In this document: piece after piece, positions 62,340 to 64,000 of the stretch
Layout: each line of letters opens with the position of its first letter
How positions within the stretch are numbered: the first letter of the stretch is position 1
Source of the DNA: Alloascoidea hylecoeti
Lineage: Eukaryota
Length of the DNA stretch: 64,000 nucleotides
Assembly: GCA_001600815.1 (NCBI GenBank)
Contig: BCKZ01000018.1
Coordinates: 339,974 to 403,973 of the forward strand
Reading direction: 5' to 3'
Program-made: the position numbers and the translations under genes
Notes under the pieces: generated by a model
What the model was told of the DNA's origin: nothing
What the model saw: the letters and a program-made list of their open reading frames with translations, nothing else
The model's database searches: none

Positions 62340-63362
62340 ATGGAGTGTACAAATCTTGGAAATTCTGGACTTAAGATCTCAAAGGTTGTTGTGGGGTGTA
62401 TGTCTTTTGGGGACAAATCATGGAGTCCTTGGGTTATTGAGGATGAAGAAAAAGCCTTTTCAATTTTGAAGAAAGCATATGATCTTGGTATAAGAACTTT
62501 CGATACCGCCGATACTTATAGTAACGGGCCAATTGGAAATTATTTTAGGAAAATTCTTGAATATAATATTAAAAGATCGACTGTTATTATTTTATCAAAA
62601 GTTTTCCTTCTTTGTGATCCAGAAGAAAAATCCTATATGTTTGAATTGTTCGATTTAAAACACAATGGCCAATTGGATGCTAAGCACTTAAATCAATACG
62701 GATTATCAAGAAAACATATCATGGATGCTGTTGATGAATCGGTTAAAAGATTAGGCACTTATATTGATGTTTTTCAAATTCATAGATTTGATCCTCCAAC
62801 ACCAAAAGAAGAAACAATGAAGGCTCTTGATGATGTTGTTAAAAGTGGAAAGGTAAGATATATTGGAGCTTCTTCAATGTGAACATATCAATTTGCTCAA
62901 TTACAAAATATAATGGATGGACCAAATTTATATCAATGCAAAATTTATACAACTTAGTAGATAGGGAAGGGGAAAAGGAAATGATTCCATTTTGTAAAGG
63001 AACTAGAGTTGGTTTAGTCCCTTGGTCCCCGTTATCAGGTGGTATCTTAGCGCATCCAGTATCAGAAAAATTATCTACTGAGAGAGGTGAGTGTGAACTA
63101 ACCTCAAAGTTCTACGGCGACGAATCAAAACCAAGAGATGCAATTTTCGATAGAGTAGAAGAGATATCCAAAAAGGAATGTACCGATGTCACAAATCGCT
63201 TTTGCCTGGGTTCTTCATAAAGGCGCTTCACCAATCGTTGGATTCAATAAGGAATCAAGAATTGATGTTGCAGTTGCTTCTTTGAAACTTAAGCTGACAG
63301 ATGAAGAGATCAAATATTTGGAAGAACCTTATGTTACACAGCCTCAGAAAGGATTTGCTTGA
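62340..63362 (+). pseudogene. Aldo-keto reductase (aryl-alcohol dehydrogenase/YPL088W-like) pseudogene
   Basis: Motifs LGNSGLKISKVVVGCMSFG, FDTADTYSNG, YIDVFQIHRFD and GKVRYIGASSM. There is an in-frame TGA at 62880-62882 where W is expected, and frameshifts near 62530-62560, 62910 and 63175. Confidence 0.85.
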
Positions 63363-64000
63363 TTTTCATATATGATAGTATTAACTTATACCTATGTAAC
63401 TACAGTTAAATTTTAATGATAGTTAGTTATAACTAGGTAGATGGAACATCAATTTCGATCCCAATATCACTCTTTAAATATATACAATTTCTAGTTATAG
63501 TATTGATATTATGCTTCATCCGATCATGGAGCTTCCTCTATAGCTGCACAGTTAGATATTTCCTAAGCTACGTAGCATCTTGCGAACAAATCAGATACTA
63601 AAATTACACTAATCTCAATGTATACGTAATTAATTATGAGATCTCAAATATCTGAGAAAAATAGATTTCAAGTTTAATACTACCCACGGCCACTAATAGT
63701 ATTTAAGTAATCTAAACACATAAATAAAATAAAATTGTTAAATCAAGTACCCCAATTAGATTAACTGCAAAGAGTTTTTCCCCTCAATTTGAAGACTTCG
63801 AATCTAAAGTGAATCAAAGACTATATAAACAGTTTGAGGAAGTAAGAATATTTATTTCAATACAGGATCGGTTTCTGTTGGATATATGGCACAGTTTCAT
63901 GATCTATTAATGAAATTTGATAAGTTTAATAAAGCTGATAAAGGTCCAGTTCAAGGGATGGTCAATTAAATACATCTTAAACTGCTAATCAATCACAAAC

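Overview
AT-rich, intron-rich nuclear DNA from a budding yeast, probably an early-diverging Saccharomycotina lineage. CTG appears to encode Leu (conserved LKLRLW in DTD1). About 24 protein genes are supported, many of them split by short spliceosomal introns that the ORF track misses. Recognisable genes are an ECM9/PTAR1-like gene, ERT1/acuK, HMT1, HRP1, TRM11, ALR1, a 3-hydroxyacyl-CoA dehydrogenase, RPS19, RPL18, PEX8, a RING-H2 gene, a PDH kinase, DTD1, DUG3, TIM22, SRP1, a TMEM70-like gene, GWT1, a FAR1/STE5-family scaffold and an aldo-keto reductase pseudogene. The first accessory region (13.1-29.4 kb) holds two intact paralogues with an intron-split Mutator/WRKY-GCM1-like zinc DNA-binding domain and no transposase core, the best candidate for an undescribed system. 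It also holds a young pogo/Fot1 DNA transposon apparently nested in an older inverted-repeat element, and a CACTA/EnSpm-like transposase relic. The second accessory region (50.5-54.1 kb) holds a heavily decayed non-LTR retrotransposon. All calls come from manual reading and motif recognition; no searches were run.
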